Origin: a virus
Lineage: Duplodnaviria > Heunggongvirae > Uroviricota > Caudoviricetes
Direction: 5' to 3' (one strand)
IMG/VR virus record: IMGVR_UViG_3300016667_000484
Location: 64,001 to 128,000 of that record
DNA: 64,000 nucleotides
Part shown: in pieces, positions 45,716 through 55,364 of the stretch
Layout: every line of letters starts with the position of its first letter
Position numbering within the stretch: the stretch's first letter is position 1
Notes under the pieces: model-generated
Told to the model about the DNA's origin: nothing
Seen by the model: only the letters and a program-made list of their open reading frames with translations
Databases searched by the model: none
Position numbers and translations under genes: made by a program

Positions 45716-47008
45716 TTAGAGGATGTTGGTAACGCGGACCTTGCGGTAGTACTTGTTAGCGTTAGCGTTAAGAGCGCCAGCGCCAACCGACAGACCTTCA
45801 GCGAATGGGTTAGCAACCATGCCGTAACGGGTTTTGAAGCCGATCTTCGACTGGAAGCTGTTCTCACCCACAGCGCGGACCATCTGCAGAGGAACATATG
45901 GGCAGTAGAAGAGGCCAGCGTCGAAGGACGAAGCACCCTTGTAACCTACAACCAGGTAGTTCGAGGTAGCATATGGGTCGATGTACACACGGAAGCGACC
46001 GTTAAGCACACCAGCGAAGGTGTTGCCGGTGTCGTCAACGTTCAGTGCGTTGCTGTTGAGAGCTGGGGTGTAGTCAAGGACACCAGCCATTTGCAGAGCC
46101 GATGCAACATCGCTCGAGCAGATGACCATGTTACCCTTACCACGACGGGTGTCTTTTGCGATCTGGTTAGCTTCGCGTTCGATCTGGAACATCAGACCCT
46201 TGAACTTCTCAACTGACCAACGGCCGTTAGCATCGACGTCGAGGTCGAATGTACCAGCAGCTGCCGTACCAGTTTGAGCACCAACAACCGAAACACCATA
46301 AACCGTGCGAACAACTTCACGGTTGATTTCTGCAAGCAGTTCAGCCTGAAGCATGTTTGCGAGTTCCGACTCAGCGTCAAGACCGTGGATTGCCTTCAGG
46401 TCCTGTGCGAGTTCAGTGGTGTACTCAGCCTTCAGTGCGCGGCTCTTTGCAGTGACCGACACTTTTTCGATGCTGAATGACATCTGGTTGAAGTCACCAT
46501 CACCTGCGCCACCCATGCCGAGACGTTCAGCAGCCGAGGTTGCCATACCAGTACCCGTGCCCCACTGTGAAGTGTTAGCAAAGTCGGTTGGGAAAGGCGA
46601 ACCGGTGTGAGTGCCGGTACCGGAGAAGTCGGTGTCAGCTTCGTTGTAGAAAGCTTCTGCCGTTGCTGCGGTGGTGTTTGCGTAGTTCGAACGCATCGCG
46701 AAGATGAGGCCGGTAGGACCGGTCATTGGCTGAACACCTGCGATGTCGTAAGCAATGAGGTTAGGCATTGCACGGCGAACGAGGGTGATAAGCACTGGGT
46801 CGTAGTTCTGAGCTACACCGGTGTTGTTGACATGTGCTGCTTCCGACAGGAACGAAGCTGGCGAATAGGTTGAACCTTCCTTCAGCGCCGATTCTGTATT
46901 CTCAAGAAGCTGAGCTGTAACAGCCTTGCGGTGATTGTCCTTAATTCCTGGAAGCGAATTGTGCTCCAGAACAGGACCCCACTTCTTCATTAGTTCTTCA
47001 TTTTTCAT
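45716..47008 (-). CDS. gp23: Major capsid protein
   Basis: GVQPMTGPTGLIFAMR, KSRALKAEYT.ELAQDLKAIHGLDAE, FYCPYVPL, GFKTRYG. Confidence 0.99.
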   Translation of the reverse strand: MKNEELMKKWGPVLEHNSLPGIKDNHRKAVTAQLLENTESALKEGSTYSPASFLSEAAHVNNTGVAQNYDPVLITLVRRAMPNLIAYDIAGVQPMTGPTGLIFAMRSNYANTTAATAEAFYNEADTDFSGTGTHTGSPFPTDFANTSQWGTGTGMATSAAERLGMGGAGDGDFNQMSFSIEKVSVTAKSRALKAEYTTELAQDLKAIHGLDAESELANMLQAELLAEINREVVRTVYGVSVVGAQTGTAAAGTFDLDVDANGRWSVEKFKGLMFQIEREANQIAKDTRRGKGNMVICSSDVASALQMAGVLDYTPALNSNALNVDDTGNTFAGVLNGRFRVYIDPYATSNYLVVGYKGASSFDAGLFYCPYVPLQMVRAVGENSFQSKIGFKTRYGMVANPFAEGLSVGAGALNANANKYYRKVRVTNIL

Positions 47009-47042
47009 TTGTTAAAGTCTCCTTTGATGGATTATCTGGATC

Positions 47043-47050
47043 TATTTATA
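47043..47050 (-). promoter_or_regulatory. T4-type late promoter TATAAATA
   Basis: Upstream of gp23. Confidence 0.8.
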
Positions 47051-47054
47051 CAAA

Positions 47055-47966
47055 TTAGATTTTGCCAAATTTGTCAAGCGAAGCAACATACGCTGCAACT
47101 GCTGGATTAACCGCAGGAGCCTTTTCGTCTACTTCTTCTTCAAGAACTTCAGCGTGATCTTCACCGCGAGCAACTGACTCAGTGAAATAGCTTTCCTTGA
47201 TTGTCTCAAGCTTTGCGACGAAGTCTTCTACTGATTCGTAGGAAACACCTTCAGCAAGAGTTTGGAAACGTGCTACGTCAGTAGCGACCATGCCTTCTGA
47301 GAGAGCAGCAAATGCTACGTTCTTTTGAAGTTCTTCTTTTTCTGCACGCTCAGCGATGAGTGCTTCGAAAAGTTCGTTGTACTTAGCTTCAGTCTCAGCG
47401 ACTTGCTCTTCCATTGCTGCGATAGCGTCAGCTTCACCTTCCTCGATTTCGAGGTCGTGATCTTCAACAAGAGCCTTGAGGCCATTGAGGATCGACTCAG
47501 CAACTTGTACCTTGTAGCCAGTCTCGAGAGCGACTTCGTTCTCAGCCATCCAGTTCTCGATAACGTAGTCGAGGTATGAATCGAGCTTGTCAGTCAGTTC
47601 TTCGATAACAGCTTCGGTCTGCTCTTCAAGAGCAGCTTCGAATTCTTCTTCGAGTTCTGCACGAACTGCTTCGACACGCTCATGAATAGCTGCTTCGAAA
47701 ATAGTCGTGGTCTTCGACTTGAAGTCTTCCGAAAGGTCAGTGCCGTCGAACAGAGATGCAATCATCTCCTTCAGGCCAGTGTCGTTCGAACCCATAGGAG
47801 TCTTCACGTTCTTTTCGATGTCTTCTGGTTTGCCGGTAGCGTCGTCTTGAAACTTGTCTGCTAGACGTTTCTTGACTGGACCGCCAGCGCCGGTTACTGG
47901 ATCAGCTGCATACGACTTTTCGCCGGTTGCCCACTTCTCTTCCAGGTTGTTTAGATTTGCATCCAT
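47055..47966 (-). CDS. gp22: Prohead core scaffold protein
   Basis: LSEDFKSK..TIFEAA, DSYLDYV..WM.EN; acidic coiled coil. Confidence 0.92.
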   Translation of the reverse strand: MDANLNNLEEKWATGEKSYAADPVTGAGGPVKKRLADKFQDDATGKPEDIEKNVKTPMGSNDTGLKEMIASLFDGTDLSEDFKSKTTTIFEAAIHERVEAVRAELEEEFEAALEEQTEAVIEELTDKLDSYLDYVIENWMAENEVALETGYKVQVAESILNGLKALVEDHDLEIEEGEADAIAAMEEQVAETEAKYNELFEALIAERAEKEELQKNVAFAALSEGMVATDVARFQTLAEGVSYESVEDFVAKLETIKESYFTESVARGEDHAEVLEEEVDEKAPAVNPAVAAYVASLDKFGKI

Positions 47967-48006
47967 TTAATTTCTCCTTTGTGACGAGTCAAAATTTGAT
48001 CAATAG

Positions 48007-48014
48007 TATTTATA
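48007..48014 (-). promoter_or_regulatory. T4-type late promoter TATAAATA
   Basis: Upstream of gp22. Confidence 0.8.
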
Positions 48015-48035
48015 CGAATGAGATTTTCTAACAAA

Positions 48036-48698
48036 TTATAGGCTCTTGAGGAACTTTTCAAATACCGCAATTACGGCAGCTTCATCAATTTGACTATAAT
48101 TCTTCTTCACTTGTTCTTCAATACGGTCAAACGCGTTTGCCGCTCTCCAAGATGAAGAAGCCACGTCATAAACCCACTCAACACCTTCCATAATACCTTT
48201 CACAAAGGCATCTGGTGCAGAAGGATCGGCGACAATATCGCCAGCAGTTGCAAGCATGAAGTCATTCTGGACTTCCATGATACCCTGCTTATTGGGCTTT
48301 ACCGAACCCATACCACGAGACGAGATACCGAGTTGAGCGCCAGAGTCGATCAGTCCCTTGACGACATCACCCATCGGTGTCTTAGTGATCTTTGCTTTGC
48401 CGACGACGTTTGAGCCGTCTGCCTTTAGTTCCGTGAAAAGGTGGGAAACCCGATCAAGGTTGATAGTTGGTCCTTGAGGGTGACCAAGTTCTCCAAACGC
48501 ACGATTCTTCGTGACGTAATTGTCGTTGTAGCGATTCATCTCACGAATCAAGACGTTCGAAGGATAGATTCTGCCATTTCTGTTCTTAATATCACCTTGC
48601 ATGATGATACCTTCGATGAAATAGTTCTTCTCACCCTTTTCGCTTGATTCAGTCAGATAACGAACTTCTTCAACGATTTCTTTAATGAGTAGTGCCAT
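48036..48698 (-). CDS. gp21: Prohead protease
   Basis: NRNGRIYP, GELGHP, GISSRGMGS, DIVADPSAPDAFV. Confidence 0.97.
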   Translation of the reverse strand: MALLIKEIVEEVRYLTESSEKGEKNYFIEGIIMQGDIKNRNGRIYPSNVLIREMNRYNDNYVTKNRAFGELGHPQGPTINLDRVSHLFTELKADGSNVVGKAKITKTPMGDVVKGLIDSGAQLGISSRGMGSVKPNKQGIMEVQNDFMLATAGDIVADPSAPDAFVKGIMEGVEWVYDVASSSWRAANAFDRIEEQVKKNYSQIDEAAVIAVFEKFLKSL

Positions 48699-48714
48699 TT
48701 TAAGCTCCTTTGAG

Positions 48715-48957
48715 TTATTTATAAGCTATGGCAACACAATTAACAGCAACGCTCGCTGCAATCGTATCAGTGGGTTCTTTGATAAAGAACTGCTCATTAC
48801 CGGCAATCATAGTGTATGTGCCAATAGTTCCTGAGGTGTTTGCAAAGGTGAGTACCGACGCGTTTGGTGCATGCACTCTGACGAGTGCAGCGCCTCCGAC
48901 GGTGTTAGCCGTCGTGACGCTGATCTCTGTTCCTTTGACTTTGATGTAGTCAGCCAT
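48715..48957 (-). CDS. Small hypothetical head-region protein
   Basis: ORF track; beta-rich; TAATG coupling. Confidence 0.55.
   Translation of the reverse strand: MADYIKVKGTEISVTTANTVGGAALVRVHAPNASVLTFANTSGTIGTYTMIAGNEQFFIKEPTDTIAASVAVNCVAIAYK
48716..48723 (-). promoter_or_regulatory. T4-type late promoter TATAAATA
   Basis: Upstream of gp21. Confidence 0.75.
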
Positions 48958-50879
48958 TAGATGTTCTCCGCGAAGCTAAGGATCTCTTGGAATCCTTTCT
49001 TACCAGACATCATACGCTCTTCCATCTTTGCCTTATTTGCACCGTTGAGTTGAGTGAATAGGCTGTTCAACGAATCCACTGACTCGCGAGTAAGAGTCAC
49101 TGAAGAACCATCATGAAGTTTCATCGCGCCGACTTTGAAAGCTTCGTCGATTTGCTCGGCTTCTTCTTTTGCAAGACGGTCTGCAGCACGCTGAATGCCT
49201 TTAGAGCGATTATCAGCATTGCGACCAGATTGCTTATACCATTCCTTATCACCGATATTAGCGGCAGTCATTCTATCTCTCATCGCATTTGGAAGAGTGT
49301 TACGATGCGCAACACCGGCTGCTTTCTTTACATAAGAACCGAGAGTCTTCCTTGAGAGCTCATCAAGTTGATCAGCATCTTCTTCCAACTTATTTAAGTG
49401 TGAATGATGAACATCCCAAACGGAACCATGAGTTCCATCTGCTCTGACTCTTGCGATGCCCTTTTTCGAACCCTTAGCCATATGGACAGTTCCAGTCATG
49501 CGCTTGCCTGAATCTGGGTCTTCCCAGTGAACCCTATCACCTGTTTGAATTGATTCATCAAGCCCTTCGACTTCTTCTTTCACTGCGTCTTCTGGATTCT
49601 TCTTGACTGGATTTGGCTTATTCGACTTCTTGTAAATCGTGTAGCTCGAGTTTTCCTGATCGATCGAAGCGTCTTCTTTTTGCAGAGCACGGCCAATCGC
49701 CTTACGACGATTCTTCAGATACTTGTCGGACTTATCAACGTCGCCATCATTGTCGATGTCGTCGTCTTCTTTACCGACGGGATCCATTGCTTCTTTCTTG
49801 ATGCTCTTTGCGATCTCATGACCCTTGATGATGGTCGACTTCTTCAGAGGAGGACGATCACCAGTTGCTTTCATAGCAGCGGCCATGCCAACTGCATATG
49901 GGTTTACAGCTTTTTCGTCAAGGTCAAATTCTTCAGTCAATGAAGGCTTAACCACATGATAGTTTGGTTCACTACGCATGCGACGTTTGTGCTCATCTTG
50001 GATCTCTTTTCTTGTATAAGATCCATGAGGGAAGTTATTAAGTGCATGGTACTTGAGTTTAGAGCTCGACATCTTATCGATGCCTTCTTCAAGCTCGACT
50101 TCTTCGCTCATCTTATTCGCAGCGAGTGTCATACCTTTGCCACGTTTGATGAAACGCTTGTAAGAATCTGTAGTCTTCTGAACGCTAGCAGGAGTGAAAC
50201 TCTTAGCAGACATACCCTTCTCGACTTCAGCCTTTGCTTTCTTACGATCGGCACCGGCTTTTGCATGATAGCTGCGCAGTTTGTCGTCTGAGAGTTCGTC
50301 AATTTGCTCGACTTCTTCGCTCATCTTATTCGCAGCGAGTGTCATACCTTTGCCACGTTTGATGAAACGCTGACTAGCATCAATAGTTTTCTGAACACTA
50401 GAAGAAGTGAAACTCTTAGCACCTCTGCCATTCTTAACATCATCACTCGAAAGACTTAAGTCTGAAAGACCTTTCTTAAGTTCAACCCTTGCTTTCTTAC
50501 GATCAGCACCAGCCTTTGTGTAATAGTCACGTAGTTTGTCGCCTGACAACTCATCGATCTGCTCGACTTCTTCTACTTTGATTTCACCTGCACGGCGCAT
50601 CACAGTCTTAGCCCGGCTCTGGCCAGTCTTTGGGTCGATCGCTTGGACAATGACTGGTTCTTTGTCAGCACGCTTGGTATGGACTTCAGCTGCTTCGTAC
50701 ACCGCAACGTCATCTTCCTGATCAGCCTTGCGCTTTGCCTTAGGCTTATCTGAAGTGAACTGCGACTCAGTGTCATACGGAGTCTTGATCTTCATGATGA
50801 CGTGTTTGTCTTTGAAGTTCTTCTCGTCACCCGAGCGAGGCTCGTAGACGGTCTCGAATAGTTTTGAAAATTTGATCAT
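48957..50879 (-). CDS. gp68: Expanded prohead core protein (gp68 position) with repeated modules
   Basis: Synteny gp20-x-x-gp21; multiple EEVEQIDELS spacers; C-terminal helical domain. Confidence 0.55.
   Translation of the reverse strand: MIKFSKLFETVYEPRSGDEKNFKDKHVIMKIKTPYDTESQFTSDKPKAKRKADQEDDVAVYEAAEVHTKRADKEPVIVQAIDPKTGQSRAKTVMRRAGEIKVEEVEQIDELSGDKLRDYYTKAGADRKKARVELKKGLSDLSLSSDDVKNGRGAKSFTSSSVQKTIDASQRFIKRGKGMTLAANKMSEEVEQIDELSDDKLRSYHAKAGADRKKAKAEVEKGMSAKSFTPASVQKTTDSYKRFIKRGKGMTLAANKMSEEVELEEGIDKMSSSKLKYHALNNFPHGSYTRKEIQDEHKRRMRSEPNYHVVKPSLTEEFDLDEKAVNPYAVGMAAAMKATGDRPPLKKSTIIKGHEIAKSIKKEAMDPVGKEDDDIDNDGDVDKSDKYLKNRRKAIGRALQKEDASIDQENSSYTIYKKSNKPNPVKKNPEDAVKEEVEGLDESIQTGDRVHWEDPDSGKRMTGTVHMAKGSKKGIARVRADGTHGSVWDVHHSHLNKLEEDADQLDELSRKTLGSYVKKAAGVAHRNTLPNAMRDRMTAANIGDKEWYKQSGRNADNRSKGIQRAADRLAKEEAEQIDEAFKVGAMKLHDGSSVTLTRESVDSLNSLFTQLNGANKAKMEERMMSGKKGFQEILSFAENI
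50093..50371. repeat. Exact 66-nt direct repeat (50093-50158 and 50306-50371) within duplicated protein module
   Basis: gctcgacttcttcgctcatcttattcgcagcgagtgtcatacctttgccacgtttgatgaaacgct occurs twice. Confidence 0.9.
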
Positions 50880-50891
50880 TTGATCACCTTA

Positions 50892-51479
50892 TTACTTTTC
50901 GGTTGCAGGAACTTTAACATTGCCTACAATTTTTCTGATGCCAATATCCATACCCTTGTTGCGCTTAGATAGTGTTTTTGGATCGTTGGCTGGAGCTCCC
51001 ATAGCAGCTCCTTTGAACACCTGACCGGAAGCATCATCTTTAGATTGCTGAGCTTTTTTGAGATAAGACACAACTGTTGGCTTTGAAATTTCATCGATTT
51101 GGTCTAGGTCTTCACACATTTCATCTTCTTCGAGGTCGACTTCTTCGCTAATTTTTTTCAACTGAGAATGTGGTACTTTAGTAGTAGTTCCGTGACTATT
51201 ATCAATACGTACTTGAGCGTGCTTGATTCCTTTTCTTTTCATACCAGAAGCCATGGTAACAACACCAGTAACGTTCTTTCCTACGTCGGGATCATGCCAA
51301 GAAACTTTATCACCGTCTTTAATTTCTTCTTCGAGGTCGACTTCTTCTTCATAAACAGCAGGCGAGAAACGCGACTGAATTGCTGCAGCCATCTTTTCTT
51401 GCATCACAGCATGAAGAGTTGATTCGAACGACGCAGCGTCCTTATTGTATGCTGCACTGATTAGGTCTCTAACTGACAT
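50892..51479 (-). CDS. gp67: Expanded prohead core protein (gp67 position)
   Basis: Directly after gp20; helical N-terminus then EEEVDLEE-flanked module. Confidence 0.55.
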   Translation of the reverse strand: MSVRDLISAAYNKDAASFESTLHAVMQEKMAAAIQSRFSPAVYEEEVDLEEEIKDGDKVSWHDPDVGKNVTGVVTMASGMKRKGIKHAQVRIDNSHGTTTKVPHSQLKKISEEVDLEEDEMCEDLDQIDEISKPTVVSYLKKAQQSKDDASGQVFKGAAMGAPANDPKTLSKRNKGMDIGIRKIVGNVKVPATEK

Positions 51480-51490
51480 TGGAGTACTCC

Positions 51491-53086
51491 TTATTGTTGA
51501 GTTGGATTTGGTTTAGGCTGAGGTGGATTCGAATCAATCTGCGAAGGTGGCTCTGCTGGTGGTTCTGCCTGTGGCTCTTCCTTTGCTTCATCCTCAATCT
51601 GTTTCTTCATCTCGTCGATTTCATCTTCGGTCATATGTAGAACGTTCTTACGTACCCAATCTTTTGAGTAGTAGTCGCCAACATAGTTGACAACGTTACT
51701 GAGAACATCCATGCGATCACGAAGAATCTCTGCTTGCTTAAGCTCTTCAAAGTGGTTATCGAGTTGGAAGTTATAACGAAGCTTCTCACGAATCTCTGGC
51801 CATTCTTCTGGCTTGATGATGCCCTTCAGAACGAGTTGCTTCTCAAGTGCTTTGTCAAACAGGTTCGAGAATCGTGCACGAAGACGGCGAATAAACTTGT
51901 TGAACTTCACTTCATCACGAGAGATTTCCGAAGAGCGACCAAGGGAGAATCCGGTCTCTGGCTCAAGGCGAGAGATAGGAACGTTCAATGACTTGTACAA
52001 CTTCTTTTGGAAGTAGACGACGTCATCCATCTCACCAAGGTTCTGACCACCTGGAAGAGTGGTGATCTCTGTACCACGGTTACCTTCACGGCGTGGAAGC
52101 CAGAAGTCATCGGTGATCGTCATGAACTTACGGTCATCACGCATCTCACCAGTCGAAGCATCATAAACGAGTTTGTTCTTGTGGTTGACCATCATCTCAC
52201 GAAGATACTGCTCAGCCTTCACCTTTGGTAGGTTACCCACGTCGATGTAGAAGATACGACGTTCAGGAGCACGAGCGAGACGATAGATAACAAGAGAGTC
52301 CTCCATCATACGCAGCTGGTTCAAAGGCTTATACGCCTTATGCAAGTGCGATAGGATGATGGTATTCTTTTCGTTCAGCACACCAGAGTTGCAGTTGATG
52401 ATCGAGTCTTTCGCGACCTTTAGACCTTGAATCGACTCAAGCGAACCGATGATGTTCGCGCTGTTGACATCATAACCACGCTCTGTATACACATAGTATT
52501 CATTCTTAACTTTCTTGATCGGGAACTGGTTCGCTGGAATCCCTGCGCCCGAGTTCACATTACGATCACGCTCGAACTCACGAACTTTACGGATCTTGCG
52601 TGGATCAACGTAACGGAGCTCTTGAATACCTTTCTTTGGCGACGTCTCGTCAATCATCACGTGATAGTAGAGACGGCCATCAACATACCAACGAGTGAAG
52701 ATCTCGTAGCCTTGGTTATTGAAGTCAAGGAGCTTGAGAATTGTATCAAACTCCTCGCGAATCTTTTTCTTGATCGAGTCGGGATACTCTAAGTCGTCGG
52801 TCACACACTCGATGGCTTGCTTTTCATCAGTGATGTTGATCGCTTCATTGACGATGTCGTCAACAGCAGCTTGAACTTCTGGCTGTTGAAGCATGGCGCG
52901 GTAGCGATTGACGAGGTCCGCCTCTGTCTTAGCAGTTCCATCAAGGTCAACATACGTGGATTGAGTGCTACCCGCAGCGATCGAGATAGCACCTTCATCA
53001 TTGACAGGTTCAGCGAAGGAGCGAACATTGAGTTGCTCCTTCGACGTGTCTTTTCTCTTGATTTCAAACCCAAATAGTTGAGCCAT
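51491..53086 (-). CDS. gp20: Portal protein
   Basis: WYVDGR, NQLRMMEDSLVIYRLARAPERRIFYIDVGNLP, DFWLPRREG. Confidence 0.99.
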   Translation of the reverse strand: MAQLFGFEIKRKDTSKEQLNVRSFAEPVNDEGAISIAAGSTQSTYVDLDGTAKTEADLVNRYRAMLQQPEVQAAVDDIVNEAINITDEKQAIECVTDDLEYPDSIKKKIREEFDTILKLLDFNNQGYEIFTRWYVDGRLYYHVMIDETSPKKGIQELRYVDPRKIRKVREFERDRNVNSGAGIPANQFPIKKVKNEYYVYTERGYDVNSANIIGSLESIQGLKVAKDSIINCNSGVLNEKNTIILSHLHKAYKPLNQLRMMEDSLVIYRLARAPERRIFYIDVGNLPKVKAEQYLREMMVNHKNKLVYDASTGEMRDDRKFMTITDDFWLPRREGNRGTEITTLPGGQNLGEMDDVVYFQKKLYKSLNVPISRLEPETGFSLGRSSEISRDEVKFNKFIRRLRARFSNLFDKALEKQLVLKGIIKPEEWPEIREKLRYNFQLDNHFEELKQAEILRDRMDVLSNVVNYVGDYYSKDWVRKNVLHMTEDEIDEMKKQIEDEAKEEPQAEPPAEPPSQIDSNPPQPKPNPTQQ

Positions 53087-53119
53087 TCATAATCTCCTTA
53101 CTAGAGTCCCTGCCACTAA

Positions 53120-53677
53120 TTAAGCGTTAGTGCCAGCATCTCCAGTGACACCACCAGAGATGTCCCACCAGTCATATTGGAAGGTCACAGTGAACTCTTC
53201 AATGGCGTCCGTTGTTCCCCAGTCCATTTGAACTTCGCTGACGTTCACTGGGAACAGGCCGTTGAAGTTATACACACGAAGCGGAACACCGGTCTTAGAG
53301 AACTGAGTGATCTGAGCTTGCGCTTTATATTGAAGTGGTGAAGCAGAACCAAACGTAGTGATGTTACCCTGGTGAGTGTTAATTGACGACATCCAGGTTT
53401 CCATCGCGTTACGAACAGCAAAGTCCTCATCATTGATGACTGTCACAGTCCACGTGTCGAATGTTCTATCACCAGCGAGTTTGATCTTGCGACCGAAGTA
53501 TGGGACTTCGATGAAACCGAGTGTCGATGGTGGAAGAGTTGCCGCTTTTGCCATGAACCTGAATTTATCGTCAGAAATGTTATTGCTCGTTGGGTTAGTG
53601 ATTTGTACTTGGAAGAGCGATGGCTTCGCTCCTCCGAGTGCTAGTTGTGATCTAAGGTCATTGATATTGAAAGCCAT
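53120..53677 (-). CDS. gp19: Tail tube protein
   Basis: GGAKPSLF, PYFGRKIKLAGDRTF, IEEFTVTFQYDWW. Confidence 0.97.
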   Translation of the reverse strand: MAFNINDLRSQLALGGAKPSLFQVQITNPTSNNISDDKFRFMAKAATLPPSTLGFIEVPYFGRKIKLAGDRTFDTWTVTVINDEDFAVRNAMETWMSSINTHQGNITTFGSASPLQYKAQAQITQFSKTGVPLRVYNFNGLFPVNVSEVQMDWGTTDAIEEFTVTFQYDWWDISGGVTGDAGTNA

Positions 53678-53698
53678 GTCTTATCTCCTTCTTTCGAA

Positions 53699-53706
53699 TA
53701 TTTATA
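53699..53706 (-). promoter_or_regulatory. T4-type late promoter TATAAATA
   Basis: Upstream of gp19. Confidence 0.8.
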
Positions 53707-53708
53707 CC

Positions 53709-55298
53709 TTAGCGCTTACCAATGATTTCTTCAAACTGAACGCCGGTGCGAACTGCAACGAAGTTGAGTTGAATGAAGTTGATCGAACGTGCAGGCTTGA
53801 TGTAGATGTCACCACGGAATTCATTGCGATCAATGACTTCTGAGGTGTTGTTGGTGTCGTCACACACGACCTTGAAGTCGTAGATGCCACGGCGGCCTTG
53901 TACATCACGAAGAAAAGGTTCTACAAGGTTTCTGAACTGAGCACGAGTGAATTCATCGTTGAACTCGAACAGAGTCGACTTCGATGCTCTCGTGATTGCC
54001 TTTTCAAGCACGATGAAGAGACGGCGTACGTTGATACGATCGAAGGCAGAAGGCTTCTTAAGACCGGTCTTATCACCGAACAGAACAGTTCCCTGACCTG
54101 GCTGAGTGATGACTGGGTTAACCGAAGCTTTATACAGTTCGTCACGATCTGCCTTTGCAGGATTGTACGCGAGCTTGATGATGTTCTTGATGCCACCGCG
54201 GTTGTAGCCAGCAGGCGAGAACCAAGGATCACGAACGTCGTCGGTGCGAGCGCACAAACCGGCGATGTCACCATTCAGTGGAGTGTAAGTGTAGGTGTCA
54301 TTATAACGGTCGTAACGATACTTGTAACCAGAGTCGATGACTACATACGAAGAACTTGTCACGTCGTTTGCGAAGGTCTTGATGTTAGTAAGTGCAGCAC
54401 CTGCAGCAACGTTAACAACATCACTCGATTCAGGTGAAACGAATACCACACAATCCATACGTGCTTCTGCCAGTTGAATGAGGAGGTTAGCAAGTTGTGC
54501 ACCATTTGACGTACCCTTTGCCTTTCCCTGGATGATCAACGAGATGTCGATGTCTTCTGGGTTAGCGAACAGTTCGTATGCGTCTTGAATGTCTCCAAAC
54601 GCAATTGACGATTCGGAATCACCATTTGCGCCACCTGTCAGTGCGTCTGTACCAGCCTGGTTGAACGTAGCGGTAGGAGTTCCAGCGATTTTGATGTAGT
54701 TTGAACGAGTGTTGATTACATCGACGTAGTAGTTGTTGGTGCCATCAGCGGTCTTAGCGCCAGAGTTGATTGAAACGTTTTCAAACAGTTCGATAACAGT
54801 AGGAGTCGTAGAACCAGTGAATTCACCAGTGGTGTCGACAACTGCGATGTGAACACAGTTAGCATCTGGAGTACCATAAGCAGCACTCGTCAAAAGAGTG
54901 TTTGCACCAGTGAGGTCTGCTTTCTTTGTCGTCAGAATCGTCAAAGAATTCCCCAGGCTGCCTTTATACTTGGCGTTGATCGTAGCGAGATACGCGTTTG
55001 ATGCTACGTTTGCCGATGCAGCTGCGGTAGCCGATGCGTTGTCAGCACGAACAACATAAAGTGAGTTCGCATATGCCAAGAAGTCAGCGGCGCTGAAGAA
55101 AGTTTCGATGTTAAGTCCAGCAACAGGTTTACCAAATCTTCTCACCAATTCAGTCTCTGACGAAACCAGAACTGGCTCAAGTGTTGGGCCCCATGCGAAA
55201 ACACCAGCGATAGCGCCGGTTGTTGACGAGACTGCTGGCACAACCGTGGATAGGTCAATCTCAGTGACGTTAATTCCTGGGCTTGTTTGATATGCCAT
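53709..55298 (-). CDS. gp18: Tail sheath protein
   Basis: SPGINVTEID, PWFSPAG, FDRINVRRLF, YIKPARSINFI. Confidence 0.98.
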   Translation of the reverse strand: MAYQTSPGINVTEIDLSTVVPAVSSTTGAIAGVFAWGPTLEPVLVSSETELVRRFGKPVAGLNIETFFSAADFLAYANSLYVVRADNASATAAASANVASNAYLATINAKYKGSLGNSLTILTTKKADLTGANTLLTSAAYGTPDANCVHIAVVDTTGEFTGSTTPTVIELFENVSINSGAKTADGTNNYYVDVINTRSNYIKIAGTPTATFNQAGTDALTGGANGDSESSIAFGDIQDAYELFANPEDIDISLIIQGKAKGTSNGAQLANLLIQLAEARMDCVVFVSPESSDVVNVAAGAALTNIKTFANDVTSSSYVVIDSGYKYRYDRYNDTYTYTPLNGDIAGLCARTDDVRDPWFSPAGYNRGGIKNIIKLAYNPAKADRDELYKASVNPVITQPGQGTVLFGDKTGLKKPSAFDRINVRRLFIVLEKAITRASKSTLFEFNDEFTRAQFRNLVEPFLRDVQGRRGIYDFKVVCDDTNNTSEVIDRNEFRGDIYIKPARSINFIQLNFVAVRTGVQFEEIIGKR

Positions 55299-55346
55299 GT
55301 TTTAATCTCCTTTTGTGAGCATTATTCCATAAATAGAGCTTCCCAC

Positions 55347-55354
55347 TATTTATA
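55347..55354 (-). promoter_or_regulatory. T4-type late promoter TATAAATA
   Basis: Upstream of gp18. Confidence 0.8.
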
Positions 55355-55364
55355 AGAAAGGCAA

